Shown here piece by piece: positions 31,497 to 39,998 of a DNA stretch of 64,000 nucleotides. This DNA is from Candidatus Latescibacterota bacterium. GTDB taxonomy: Bacteria > Latescibacterota > UBA2968. The stretch is from positions 1,632,001 to 1,696,000 of the forward strand of contig OZ240241.1 of NCBI GenBank assembly GCA_965198115.1. The letters are read 5' to 3'. Under the pieces are notes generated by a model. It saw only the letters and a list, made by a program, of their open reading frames with translations, was not told the DNA's origin and searched no databases. A program made the translations under genes and the position numbers. The number at the start of each line of letters is the position of its first letter. The stretch's first letter is position 1.

Positions 31497-32537
31497 TCAG
31501 GGCGAAAACGGGAGTTCGGAGACGGTCGCCGACCCATCCTCTCCCAGACGGAGCGGCGTCCCCGGAACCTCGTTCCCCCGCCGAACCGAGGCCAGGGCGA
31601 TCGTGCGGCCGAGGGCTCTCGATCGAGTCGAGGATCGTACGTCGCCCACCTCCTTCTCCCCGTTGAAAACCGGCGTTCCGCGGTTCGGCGGTCGGCCGGA
31701 CCCGACCTCGAGCCCGACCAGATAGCGTCTGGGCTTCCCCAGGTTTTGCATCTTTGCCAGTGTTTCCTGCCCGATGAAACACCCCTTCGTGAACGACACG
31801 GTATCCGCCAGCCCCCCTTCTAGTGGGACGACACGGTCGTCGACATCGACACCGTAGCGGGGATGGCCGCGCTCGATCCTCCGGAGCTCCACAGCTCCGA
31901 ACCCCGCGGGTCTTGCCCCCGCCTCCACGAGTCGGGTCCACGTAGCTTCCCCCTCCTCGGCCGGTAGCCACACATCGAACCCTAGATCGGCCGCGTAGCC
32001 CCTCTTGACGATCCACCCGTCCGGACAGGGCGGAAACGCAAGCGACTCGTGGTCGTCCCCAGGCACCTCGACCCCGAGCACCTCCAACACCGACGTTGAT
32101 AAGGGCCCCTGTATGCCAAGAACGGACCAGGATTCGGACACATCTTCGATCGAAACATCGTCACCGATCAGATAGCGATCGAGAAACGCCGCCGCGGACG
32201 TGTGCAGATCCGGTTCGAACTCCAAAAACATCGCTTCCCCGCGGTTGTAGAGGTGCAGGTCGGCCTGCGTGTTTCCCTTTGGGTCCGTCAATGCCGTGTG
32301 ATTGCCCTTACCTGGCTGGACGTCTTCGACCGTGTTCGTGAGCATTCCGTGGAGGAACCTGGCGCGATCGGCTCCCGTCACACGCAGTTTTCCGCGCGCA
32401 CTCCGGTCGATCAGCGCCGCATTGCTCCGAATCGCCTCGTACTCGGCCGCCGCATCCCCATAGTCCACGGCGACCTCACGCCCCTCGATCGTTTCGAAAC
32501 TGCCTTGTGCCTGAACCTCGCGCAGCCCCATGCTCAT
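31497..32537 (-). CDS. YgfZ/GcvT-like folate-binding protein
   Basis: GADRARFLHGMLTN and the KGCFIGQE signature of the YgfZ family. Confidence 0.88.
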   Translation of the reverse strand: MSMGLREVQAQGSFETIEGREVAVDYGDAAAEYEAIRSNAALIDRSARGKLRVTGADRARFLHGMLTNTVEDVQPGKGNHTALTDPKGNTQADLHLYNRGEAMFLEFEPDLHTSAAAFLDRYLIGDDVSIEDVSESWSVLGIQGPLSTSVLEVLGVEVPGDDHESLAFPPCPDGWIVKRGYAADLGFDVWLPAEEGEATWTRLVEAGARPAGFGAVELRRIERGHPRYGVDVDDRVVPLEGGLADTVSFTKGCFIGQETLAKMQNLGKPRRYLVGLEVGSGRPPNRGTPVFNGEKEVGDVRSSTRSRALGRTIALASVRRGNEVPGTPLRLGEDGSATVSELPFSP

Positions 32538-32686
32538 CTCCTTGGCGAACTGCTTCCACAGACGTCACCCGGTGACTATCATAGCCAGCCTACCGAACGT
32601 GTCAAGGCGGCGCGTTCTCTTGGCTTGCCGTGACGCGGCAGCCCCATACTTTAGAGAGTCGGAACTCTACTCCTCAGGAGGTCAAC

Positions 32687-33655
32687 TTGAAAGCAATCCG
32701 CGTGCACCAGACTGGCGGGCCCGAGCGTCTGAGTCTGGACGAAGTGCCCGTAGCCGACCCGGGCGAGGGCGAAATTCTCATACGCGTCGACGCGGCGGGA
32801 CTCAACTACATCGACACCTACCACCGATCCGGCCTGTATCCCCTGGAGTTGCCGGTCACGCTCGGTCTCGAGGGCGGGGGCGCGGTCGAACGACTCGGGG
32901 ACGGCGTTGAAGACTTCGAACCCGGTGACCTCGTCGGCTGGGCAACCTGCCAGGGATCGTATGCCGATTACCTCTGCGCGCCTGCCGAGAAAGTCGTCAA
33001 ACTGCCCGATGGCATCACTACCGAGCAGGCCGCGGCCGTCATGCTGCAGGGCATGACCGTCCACTACCTCACGCACACGACCTATCCCCTCAAAAGTGGG
33101 GACACCGCGCTCGTTCACGCTGCCGCTGGAGGCGTCGGGCTCCTGATGGTCCAAATCGCGAAGAAACTCGGAGCGCGCGTCATCGGCACGGTAGGAACCG
33201 AGGAAAAGGCCGACCTCGCACGCGGGGCCGGCGCCGACGAAATCATCCTCTACGCGGAGCAGGATTTCGAAGCGGAAACCCGCCGACTGACGGATGGCGA
33301 TGGTGTGGACGTCGCCTACGACTCCGTTGGAAAGGCGACGTGGGAAGGCTCCATGAACAGTCTGAAGCCGCGTGGGTATCTCGTGCTCTTCGGGAACGCC
33401 AGCGGCCCGGTCCCCCCCGTCGACCCCTTCCTCCTGACACAGAAGGGCTCTTTATTCATGACGCGTCCCACCCTGATGAGCTACACCCTGACCCGCGAGG
33501 AGCTCCTCGGCAGAGCCCACGACATCCTCGGCTGGGTCGCGGACGGATCGCTGAACCTGAGAATCGACAGACAGCTCCCCCTCGCTCAGGCGGCCGATGC
33601 CCATCGTGCCCTCGAATCGAGGGCGACCAAGGGAAAGGTACTGATCCTGCCGTAA
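32687..33655 (+). CDS. qor: NADPH:quinone oxidoreductase (MDR family, Qor-like)
   Basis: GLNYIDTYHRSGLY, HAAAGGVG, YDSVGK, FGNASG and KGSLFMTRP; AGGAGG RBS before the TTG start. Confidence 0.92.
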   Translation: MKAIRVHQTGGPERLSLDEVPVADPGEGEILIRVDAAGLNYIDTYHRSGLYPLELPVTLGLEGGGAVERLGDGVEDFEPGDLVGWATCQGSYADYLCAPAEKVVKLPDGITTEQAAAVMLQGMTVHYLTHTTYPLKSGDTALVHAAAGGVGLLMVQIAKKLGARVIGTVGTEEKADLARGAGADEIILYAEQDFEAETRRLTDGDGVDVAYDSVGKATWEGSMNSLKPRGYLVLFGNASGPVPPVDPFLLTQKGSLFMTRPTLMSYTLTREELLGRAHDILGWVADGSLNLRIDRQLPLAQAADAHRALESRATKGKVLILP

Positions 33656-33781
33656 CCCGGCTCGCACGGATTCCGCATCATCTGGCCGTGTCTCGCGAGG
33701 GGCGCGGCCACTTCTATCTTCATTCTTATCAAACCTTTAGCCTCTTTATCAGAAAAAGTGCCGAAAAACAAGAAAAAGGGC

Positions 33782-33863
33782 TAAAGGTCGATCAACCACC
33801 TGCCGATATACTGAGAGAAGGGGCGACTTACCCACCTCACGGGTCACCCCTCGATGCCGATAT
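33782..33863 (+). promoter_or_regulatory. Tandem sigma-28 (FliA/SigD)-like promoters
   Basis: TAAA-N16-GCCGATAT at 33782-33809 and TCAC-N15-GCCGATAT at 33837-33863; an IHF-consensus TATCAAACCTTTA lies at 33727-33739. Confidence 0.55.
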
Positions 33864-33925
33864 CACGGCGTTCCGACGGGGGTCGGGGCGCAACTGTAGG
33901 TCCCCTCTTACTTGGGTCGAAATCG

Positions 33926-34132
33926 ATGGATCGTGATCGTGTGCGACAACTACAATCCACAATCAGCCGACAACTTTCGCACCTCACCGGAGAGGAGGTC
34001 AAAATCACTGACTTGGAGGCCATCTATTTTGCCTCGGCCGAGCTTACGATCGCCCTCACCCGACAGTCGGGTATGAAAGGTTGCTCATGCCAGCAGAAAT
34101 CAATAACTCCGTCATTTCAGCAGCGTCCCTGA
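33926..34132 (+). CDS. Possible small hypothetical protein
   Basis: MDRDRVRQLQSTISRQLSHLTGEEVKITDLEAIYF looks protein-like, but the ORF overlaps the next gene by 46 nt. Confidence 0.35.
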   Translation: MDRDRVRQLQSTISRQLSHLTGEEVKITDLEAIYFASAELTIALTRQSGMKGCSCQQKSITPSFQQRP

Positions 34133-34362
34133 CACCCCGTTCTGTCCCTCAAGGCCAGGCGGAGTTGAGGTCGCGCGACAACGCGGCGGAGGGGAACACC
34201 TCGAATCCTCAGGCCGTTCTGGCCAGCCGAAACGAGGAAGTCGTACGGGCGCCCGATCCGGGAACGAGCGGGCAGGGCGCCGAAAATCAATCTCAGCAGA
34301 ACACCTCCGCCGCCGACAGCGGCGACGGTGGAGTCGGAAACAACCTGGATGTAACGATCTAA
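34087..34362 (+). CDS. Low-complexity hypothetical protein ending GVGNNLDVTI
   Basis: GAAAGG RBS; S/N/Q/A/G-rich; C-terminal GxxLD motif. Confidence 0.65.
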   Translation: MPAEINNSVISAASLTPRSVPQGQAELRSRDNAAEGNTSNPQAVLASRNEEVVRAPDPGTSGQGAENQSQQNTSAADSGDGGVGNNLDVTI

Positions 34363-34510
34363 CCCGTCTATTCTGCGCAACGAATCGTTCAACGCGGCGA
34401 CCTCCTGGTCAGAGGTTCGGGGCGATTCGAAGCGACGTAATCGGTTGATTCGGTCACCGGTTACGGAAACCTCAGTCGAAGCGATTGATCACGTTTGGTA
34501 GGGTAGTGAT

Positions 34511-35490
34511 ATGCCGATCTTTGTATCGCGGTTTTCGCCTGAAAGGTCGCTCATCGGTAATTTCCTTTCTCCGCGCTCACCCGCCAGGGAAGCGCAGGAG
34601 GAGTTGGAAGCCGATCGAGAGTGGCAGCCACTGGAAACAGTGGCAACCCCGCACCGGCCGGAGACCGGGTTCAGTCTGCGAATCGTTCCACTCCCGATTC
34701 TACGACCCGATCTGCGACCGAGAACGCCGCGTCCGGGCAGGACGCACCTTCCCAGAACATCAGTGCCGACTCGCTCACGCTCCTCGATCAGCTGCGGCTC
34801 AGACGAAACGCCGCCAACCTGATCGCAGACATCCGTGAGAATACGGGATCGGCCGAACCGATCGAGGATCCTCCAGCCACAGAAGGCGACGGTGTGGTCT
34901 CAGCCGGAGCCGGTGCTCTGGCAGAGCGCCTGACGGCGCTCGTCGAGGAGCTGGCTACGGACGGTGGCGACAACGTCGTCCCGGTCGAAGCATCCTCTGA
35001 ATTGATCGAACCCGTCGCGGTCGAGAATCAAGCAGCCAGCGAAGCTGCAGCGACCGAGCGGCTCGAAGTTCTGATCGACGCGTTGCAAGCGGGCGACTCG
35101 ACGGAGGCAGGAGCCGCCGTCGTCCAACCCGCCAGCGCACCCGCGGAGTCGGTCGAGCTCGCGCCACGCGAAGTGCAGGAGCGCAGTCTGCGGCAGGATC
35201 TGCAGACGATCGCTACCGGTCTTCGCGAGGACGCCGCTATCGAGAGCCAGCGGAGTGTGGCCCAGGCTGCGCGAACAGCCGAGGCCGCAGCTCAGCGGGG
35301 TCAGCGTCAGGAGGTCCGCCAGAACCAACGGGAGATTCAGTCCCTGCAGACGGACCGACGTAGTGCCCAACAGGATGTGCAACGGGCAGACCAGGCTATC
35401 CGTCAGTTGCAGACGCGGAACACTCGGATTCAATCGAGCTCGTCGCAGCCGACGAACACGGGGAATTCACTCGACCTTCTGGCCGAATAG
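34511..35490 (+). CDS. Low-complexity coiled-coil protein ending TGNSLDLLAE (probable frameshift near 34620)
   Basis: The N-terminus of ORF 34511 joins ORF 34621..35490 if one G is added; Q/R-rich coiled coil and a C-terminal GxxLD motif. Confidence 0.65.
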
Positions 35491-35613
35491 TCACCACCGG
35501 GGTTTGAGCCTGACCCGGGCCCGAAACCAGGCTCAAGACGACGCGTACATCGGAGTGGCGCTTCGTCAACGTACCTCGTCTCTCAACTAGAGCGGTGGTA
35601 CCGATTGGTCAGT

Positions 35614-35654
35614 CCCCCTTTCTCTCGGTCTTCCGAGGGGAAGGGGGGTTTTTT
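35614..35654 (+). terminator. Intrinsic terminator
   Basis: Stem CCCCCTTTCTCTCGG/CCGAGGGGAAGGGGG followed by a T-run. Confidence 0.7.
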
Positions 35655-35685
35655 CATTGACCAGTGACCATTGACCAGTGACCAG
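35655..35685. repeat. Heptamer tandem repeat (CAKTGAC)x4
   Basis: CATTGAC CAGTGAC CATTGAC CAGTGAC CAG. Confidence 0.75.
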
Positions 35686-35797
35686 AGTTTGGGTGTAGGA
35701 GGATGGAAGGGTGTTTGGATAAAGGGCTTGCTCACGATTTGGGGTTCCCCTATCATCATTCGCAACGCAGCGTCGTCCCCCCTTTCCGGGTCCTGTC

Positions 35798-36085
35798 GTG
35801 CAAGATATCGCAGATCATCTCAAAGTCCTCGCCGACCCGGCCAGGCTCCGCATTCTTAAAGAGCTCATGGTCGTCAAAGCCGAAAAGAACGTTTGTGTGC
35901 GCGACCTGGCCGAGCGACTCAAGATTTCCCAGCCCAACGTCTCCCACCACCTGAAGGTGCTGAAGTCTGCTGGCTTCATCTCGTGTAAGAAACCGTGCGA
36001 TGAAGATCAGCGATACGCCTACTATTCCGTCGATCGCGCGAAGATCGAAGGTCTCTTCTGTAACGTCATTGAATCGATCTCGTAG
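35798..36085 (+). CDS. ArsR/SmtB-family transcriptional regulator
   Basis: LKVLADPARLRIL, CVRDLA...ISQPNVSHHLKVLK.AG and YYSV. Confidence 0.92.
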   Translation: MQDIADHLKVLADPARLRILKELMVVKAEKNVCVRDLAERLKISQPNVSHHLKVLKSAGFISCKKPCDEDQRYAYYSVDRAKIEGLFCNVIESIS

Positions 36086-36106
36086 AGTGGGAAAGGCGTA
36101 GAACCA

Positions 36107-36144
36107 CCCTTCGATACGCGGCGTAGCCGCTACTCAGGGCAGGC
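36107..36144 (+). repeat. REP-like intergenic repeat (CCCTTCGA...CTCAGGGCAGGC type)
   Basis: Related to the copies at 42423 and 46217. Confidence 0.55.
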
Positions 36145-36341
36145 AGATGAACACAAATGGGGAGTCGGCCATTTGATCCAGTCCCTATTCGGGAAAATGA
36201 TTTGAAAGTGTCCGGAGGCTTGCCGCAGGCAACGATGATGACAATTGGTAGTGAGGTTTGAAACAGACATCCCGCAGCTTAGAAAAAAGTGGCCTCGTCG
36301 GCATCGACGGGGCCCTTCGTCGTTTTAGACAGATGGTTTGA

Positions 36342-36914
36342 TCAACCTGGAGGCACAACCACGATCGCGCGCGGACGCGTCGGGCAGGCGTGTTCGCACA
36401 CGCCGCATCCGACACAGACGTCGCCAACGGCCACCATTCCTCCGGCGTCCAACGCGAGTGCCTTTTCGCCCACCGGGCAAAGATCGATGCATATTCTGCA
36501 ATCGACGTCGTGTGTTCGCTCGCATTGATCGACGTCGACCCGGGCCCGCCCCATCCGAATCGCCTCTCTCGGCAGAACCTCGAGAGCGCCCGTTGGACAC
36601 GCCGGCATGCACGCGAGGTCGTCGCACACGACACAGGGTTGGGTTTCGGCGAGGATGACGGGTGTCCCGTCTTGGGACGGATCGGACGAACTCAACGGTT
36701 GAATCGCATCGGCCGGGCAGGCACCGACACAAGCGTGGCACTTCGAACACACATCCAGAAAGTCGGGCCTCGCGCCGGGAGGTCGGAGAATCCTCACCGG
36801 GCCGGTCTCCCTATCTAGCTTCTCCTCGACGAATTCGGCGGCGGGCAGCACGTATCGTCTCACCACCTCGCGAAAGAAACCGCGCCGTCCAGAGTCCTCG
36901 TTCACTTCACCCAC
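36342..36914 (-). CDS. NapG/MauM-like 4Fe-4S polyferredoxin
   Basis: RRGFFRE, LRPPGA, CSKCHACVGACP, CVVCDDLACMPACP, CRICIDLCP and CVGCGVCEHACP. Confidence 0.9.
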   Translation of the reverse strand: MGEVNEDSGRRGFFREVVRRYVLPAAEFVEEKLDRETGPVRILRPPGARPDFLDVCSKCHACVGACPADAIQPLSSSDPSQDGTPVILAETQPCVVCDDLACMPACPTGALEVLPREAIRMGRARVDVDQCERTHDVDCRICIDLCPVGEKALALDAGGMVAVGDVCVGCGVCEHACPTRPRAIVVVPPG

Positions 36915-36926
36915 CTCACCTGACGA

Positions 36927-37700
36927 TCACGAGACCGCGACCTGTCGGGCCACGGAACGCAGATCCATTTCATACTCGATGTCTACGATCGGTGGACGCG
37001 ATGGGATCTGATTGATCCCGTGCCTGGACGCCCGTCCCATTCGCTCCAGCAGATAGGGCACCACCGCGCGATCGATCGGATGAACCGTGTAGACGTTCGT
37101 CTCTCTCACATCGTCCCACGCGAACCCCAGTCCTTCGAGCCGTTTCGCCATCAGGTTCACGACATAGGTCCCCTTCTCCCCGATCGCGTCTTCCGTCGTC
37201 TCGCCACACCGGATGATCGCCTGCCGTGTCAGTTCTGGTGACGCCACCTCTCCACCCCCTGCGATCACGAAGGACGACGCATCCTCGTCGGCGGCATCTG
37301 CGTCTGGCACCGCGCAGGAGAATGCGTGCATCGTCTGTTCGTCCGGTGGATCGAGCGACGGCGCGACGTTTGTGCGCGCGATCGGATTCTCGTCGCCGTC
37401 GTAGACCTCCCAGGAACGGAGCACGTCGCAATACGTCTCGTTGTAGGCCTTGAAACCGTCAATCGTGTAGGGCGAAGGGCAACGGAGCTCGATCGCACAA
37501 AGGGATTCGCGCGGTTCGCCGACATCGGATAGATACCGATCGATTCGATCGAACCCGCCGCGCCACGGCAACAGATGTTCGAACTGAATCCGCTCGACTC
37601 GAAACCCCGGTTCCGCGGCAACACCGCTCGAATACGGTGAGCCCCCGCGCAGGTAGCGGTATCGACCGCTGGGGTGCGGGCGACCTGGCCGGTTACTCAC
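36927..37700 (-). CDS. CnbZ-like (2-amino-5-chloromuconate deaminase family) protein
   Basis: YSSGVAAEPGF, LCAIELRCPSP, NPIARTNVAP, SFVIAGGGE and RPPIVDIEYEMD; its GTG overlaps the upstream stop. Confidence 0.7.
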   Translation of the reverse strand: MSNRPGRPHPSGRYRYLRGGSPYSSGVAAEPGFRVERIQFEHLLPWRGGFDRIDRYLSDVGEPRESLCAIELRCPSPYTIDGFKAYNETYCDVLRSWEVYDGDENPIARTNVAPSLDPPDEQTMHAFSCAVPDADAADEDASSFVIAGGGEVASPELTRQAIIRCGETTEDAIGEKGTYVVNLMAKRLEGLGFAWDDVRETNVYTVHPIDRAVVPYLLERMGRASRHGINQIPSRPPIVDIEYEMDLRSVARQVAVS

Positions 37701-38749
37701 AAAACCTCCTCGGGTTCGGTCAGATACGAAACGAGCAACCTGCCCGTATTGACGATGCCCTCGGTCGAGCACATCTCGTATCCGTGCGTGTTGTCGCCCG
37801 GGTAGGCCAGACACAGTGCGCGCCCGGCCGCCCCCGCCTTCTTTGCGATGCTCGCGTCACTCCCGTAAGACGTGACGACGGCGGCTTGCGCGCCGAATCC
37901 CAACCGGTCGGCTCTCGCGTGGAGACGATCGAGCGTTGCCTGATGATACAGTCCCTGGGCATCGGCGTGCAACAGCACGGGAGAGCCGCCATTCCGAATC
38001 TGATACTCTTCGGCGACGGGCGCAATGTCGAGTGCGATCACTTCGTCGACCGGCAGGCGTTCGATGGCGTGGACCGCGCCGATCGCCCCGACCTCCTCTT
38101 CCGAACTCACCACGAGGTAGACGTCGCGCAACGGGGGTGTTCGCTCGAGCGTTCGCGCCGTTTCGAGCAGAATCGCGACACCCGCCCGGCAGTCGAGGTT
38201 ATAGCCACAGATGAAACCCTCGATATGCTTCGCCCTCTTCCGTTCCCGATCCAGCACGATTCTCGTACCGGGTCGAACACCGGCGCCCTTGAGCGTTTCC
38301 TTCGACACCTTCGTTTCCACCCACATCGATTCCCAGTCCAACGAAGCCCCCGCTTTCACACGACCGGCGGGACTGTCGGTCGAGACGTGCTTCGCACCGA
38401 TCGACAGCACACCCGGCATGGTCTCTTTGGCTCCGAGGATCTCAACGGGTCTTTCGCCGATCGCCCAGGGGTGAAGACCTCCGAGGGCCCGAACACGAAG
38501 ACGGCCATTCGACTCAACGCGCTTCACCATCATAGCGATCTCATCTTTGTGCGCCGTCACCGCGACCGCATTGTCGGTATCACTCCCCGGTATCTTCACG
38601 ATCAGGTTGCCGGCTGCGTCGACCGCCGTTTCCATTCCCAACCCCGCAAAGACATCGGTACAGTAAGTCGCGACTTCGTCTTCCACACCCGATGGCGCGT
38701 GCGCGAGCATGAGAGACTCCGTGTCTCTCATCAGTCTCTGAGGTTCCAA
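37697..38749 (-). CDS. M42-family metallo-aminopeptidase / endoglucanase-like protein
   Basis: APSGVE, AHKDEI, NLDCRAG, SEEEVG, ALDI, GSDA and HGYE; TTG start after a GAGG RBS. Confidence 0.88.
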   Translation of the reverse strand: MEPQRLMRDTESLMLAHAPSGVEDEVATYCTDVFAGLGMETAVDAAGNLIVKIPGSDTDNAVAVTAHKDEIAMMVKRVESNGRLRVRALGGLHPWAIGERPVEILGAKETMPGVLSIGAKHVSTDSPAGRVKAGASLDWESMWVETKVSKETLKGAGVRPGTRIVLDRERKRAKHIEGFICGYNLDCRAGVAILLETARTLERTPPLRDVYLVVSSEEEVGAIGAVHAIERLPVDEVIALDIAPVAEEYQIRNGGSPVLLHADAQGLYHQATLDRLHARADRLGFGAQAAVVTSYGSDASIAKKAGAAGRALCLAYPGDNTHGYEMCSTEGIVNTGRLLVSYLTEPEEVL

Positions 38750-39053
38750 CGCATCCTCTCCGGAAGGGTCAACAACGAAAGCTGCAACGGATCCCCGTTT
38801 CTCAGCCCGATGGCTAAAGACTGGGCGGGGTCCGGCCGAACTATGTGGGGTATCCCCCGATGTTACCCCTTGATTTGTAAGGGATTGACTTCCTCCATGC
38901 AAGTTCTCATCCTTTAGACTGGGCCGCACGTGAGGCCCTGACGATCCGCTGCTTGACAGCGCGCGACGAATTCCTTTATTGTCGCCGCCTCCCAAACGTG
39001 CACGGGCATCTTGCCACCAGCGTCCTTCACCCCACACCACAAGGAACTCCGAA

Positions 39054-39920
39054 GTGGCGCGTGCATCCAAGACGAATTTCAAGGGTGTAAAAGATTCGCT
39101 CCATCGGTATCTCGAAGACGTGGCTTCTTCCCAGCCACTCTCCGCAGCAGAGGAAATCTCACTCGCCCAACGCATCAAAAAGGGCGACCTCGAGGCACGG
39201 GCAAAACTCGTCGAAGCGAACCTCCGCTTCGTCATCACCGTCGCACGTGAGTATCAAAACCAGGGCGTCCCTCTCGTCGACCTCATCAGCGCCGGTAACA
39301 TCGGTCTGATCGTCGCGGCCGAACGGTTCGACGAAACGAAGGGATTCAAGTTTATCTCCTACGCTGTCTGGTGGATCCGGCAATCCATTTTACAAACGTT
39401 GGCCGAGCACTCACGCGTCGTGCGTTTGCCCCTCAATCGGGTCGATCTCCTGCGTCGCATCGCTCGATACACGAACAGCAAGCAGCAGGAAACTTCCTCA
39501 AAGCCGCAGGAAGAAGAGATCGCCGAAGAGTTGGGCATCACCGTCGAGCAAGTCGTCGACACGCTGTCGACCGGTCAGCGCGTGCTCTCGCTCGACGCCA
39601 CATTCGGCGACGACGACGAGAACAGTCTGCTCGAAATCATGGCGGATGACAACCAAGAACCACCCGACGAAATGATGTTGAAGAACTCGCTCGAGTACGA
39701 AATCCACGCAACTCTGGATACGCTCGACAACCGGGAAAAGGAAGTTATCAAGCTCTACTTCGGTCTGAGCGGCGAGCCCGAAATGACCCTCGAAGAGATC
39801 GGTCTCCAGTTCAGGCTCACTCGCGAGCGCGTACGCCAAATCAAAGAGAAGGCCTTACGGAAGCTTCGTCATCCCACGCGAGGCCGCAAACTGATCTCCT
39901 TCTCGGAAAGCGGCGCCTGA
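39054..39920 (+). CDS. RNA polymerase sigma-70 factor, RpoD/SigA family (short form, no region 1.1)
   Basis: ANLRFVITVA, DLISAGNIGL, FKFISYAVWWIRQ and TLEEIG..F.LTRERVRQIKEKAL. Confidence 0.95.
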   Translation: MARASKTNFKGVKDSLHRYLEDVASSQPLSAAEEISLAQRIKKGDLEARAKLVEANLRFVITVAREYQNQGVPLVDLISAGNIGLIVAAERFDETKGFKFISYAVWWIRQSILQTLAEHSRVVRLPLNRVDLLRRIARYTNSKQQETSSKPQEEEIAEELGITVEQVVDTLSTGQRVLSLDATFGDDDENSLLEIMADDNQEPPDEMMLKNSLEYEIHATLDTLDNREKEVIKLYFGLSGEPEMTLEEIGLQFRLTRERVRQIKEKALRKLRHPTRGRKLISFSESGA

Positions 39921-39946
39921 CGACCGATTAAAACGAGAAAGAAATG

Positions 39947-39980
39947 AGGGCTGTGTCCACAGGACGCAGCCCTTTGTGTT
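39947..39980 (+). terminator. Terminator between the sigma factor gene and murD
   Basis: Stem AGGGCTGTGTCC/GGACGCAGCCCT followed by a T-rich tail. Confidence 0.7.
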
Positions 39981-39998
39981 TCCCTCCCACCTTCAACC

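Noticed and set aside
36342-36914. c-type heme motif CSKCH in the NapG-like protein
   Set aside because: It is part of the CxxCxxCxxxCP 4Fe-4S motif, not a heme attachment site.
37697-39238. Long N-terminal extensions in the ORF track (M42 peptidase, sodA, folB, multiheme cytochrome, sulfatase)
   Set aside because: They overlap neighbouring genes or promoters; downstream starts with an RBS or stop-start coupling fit the families better.
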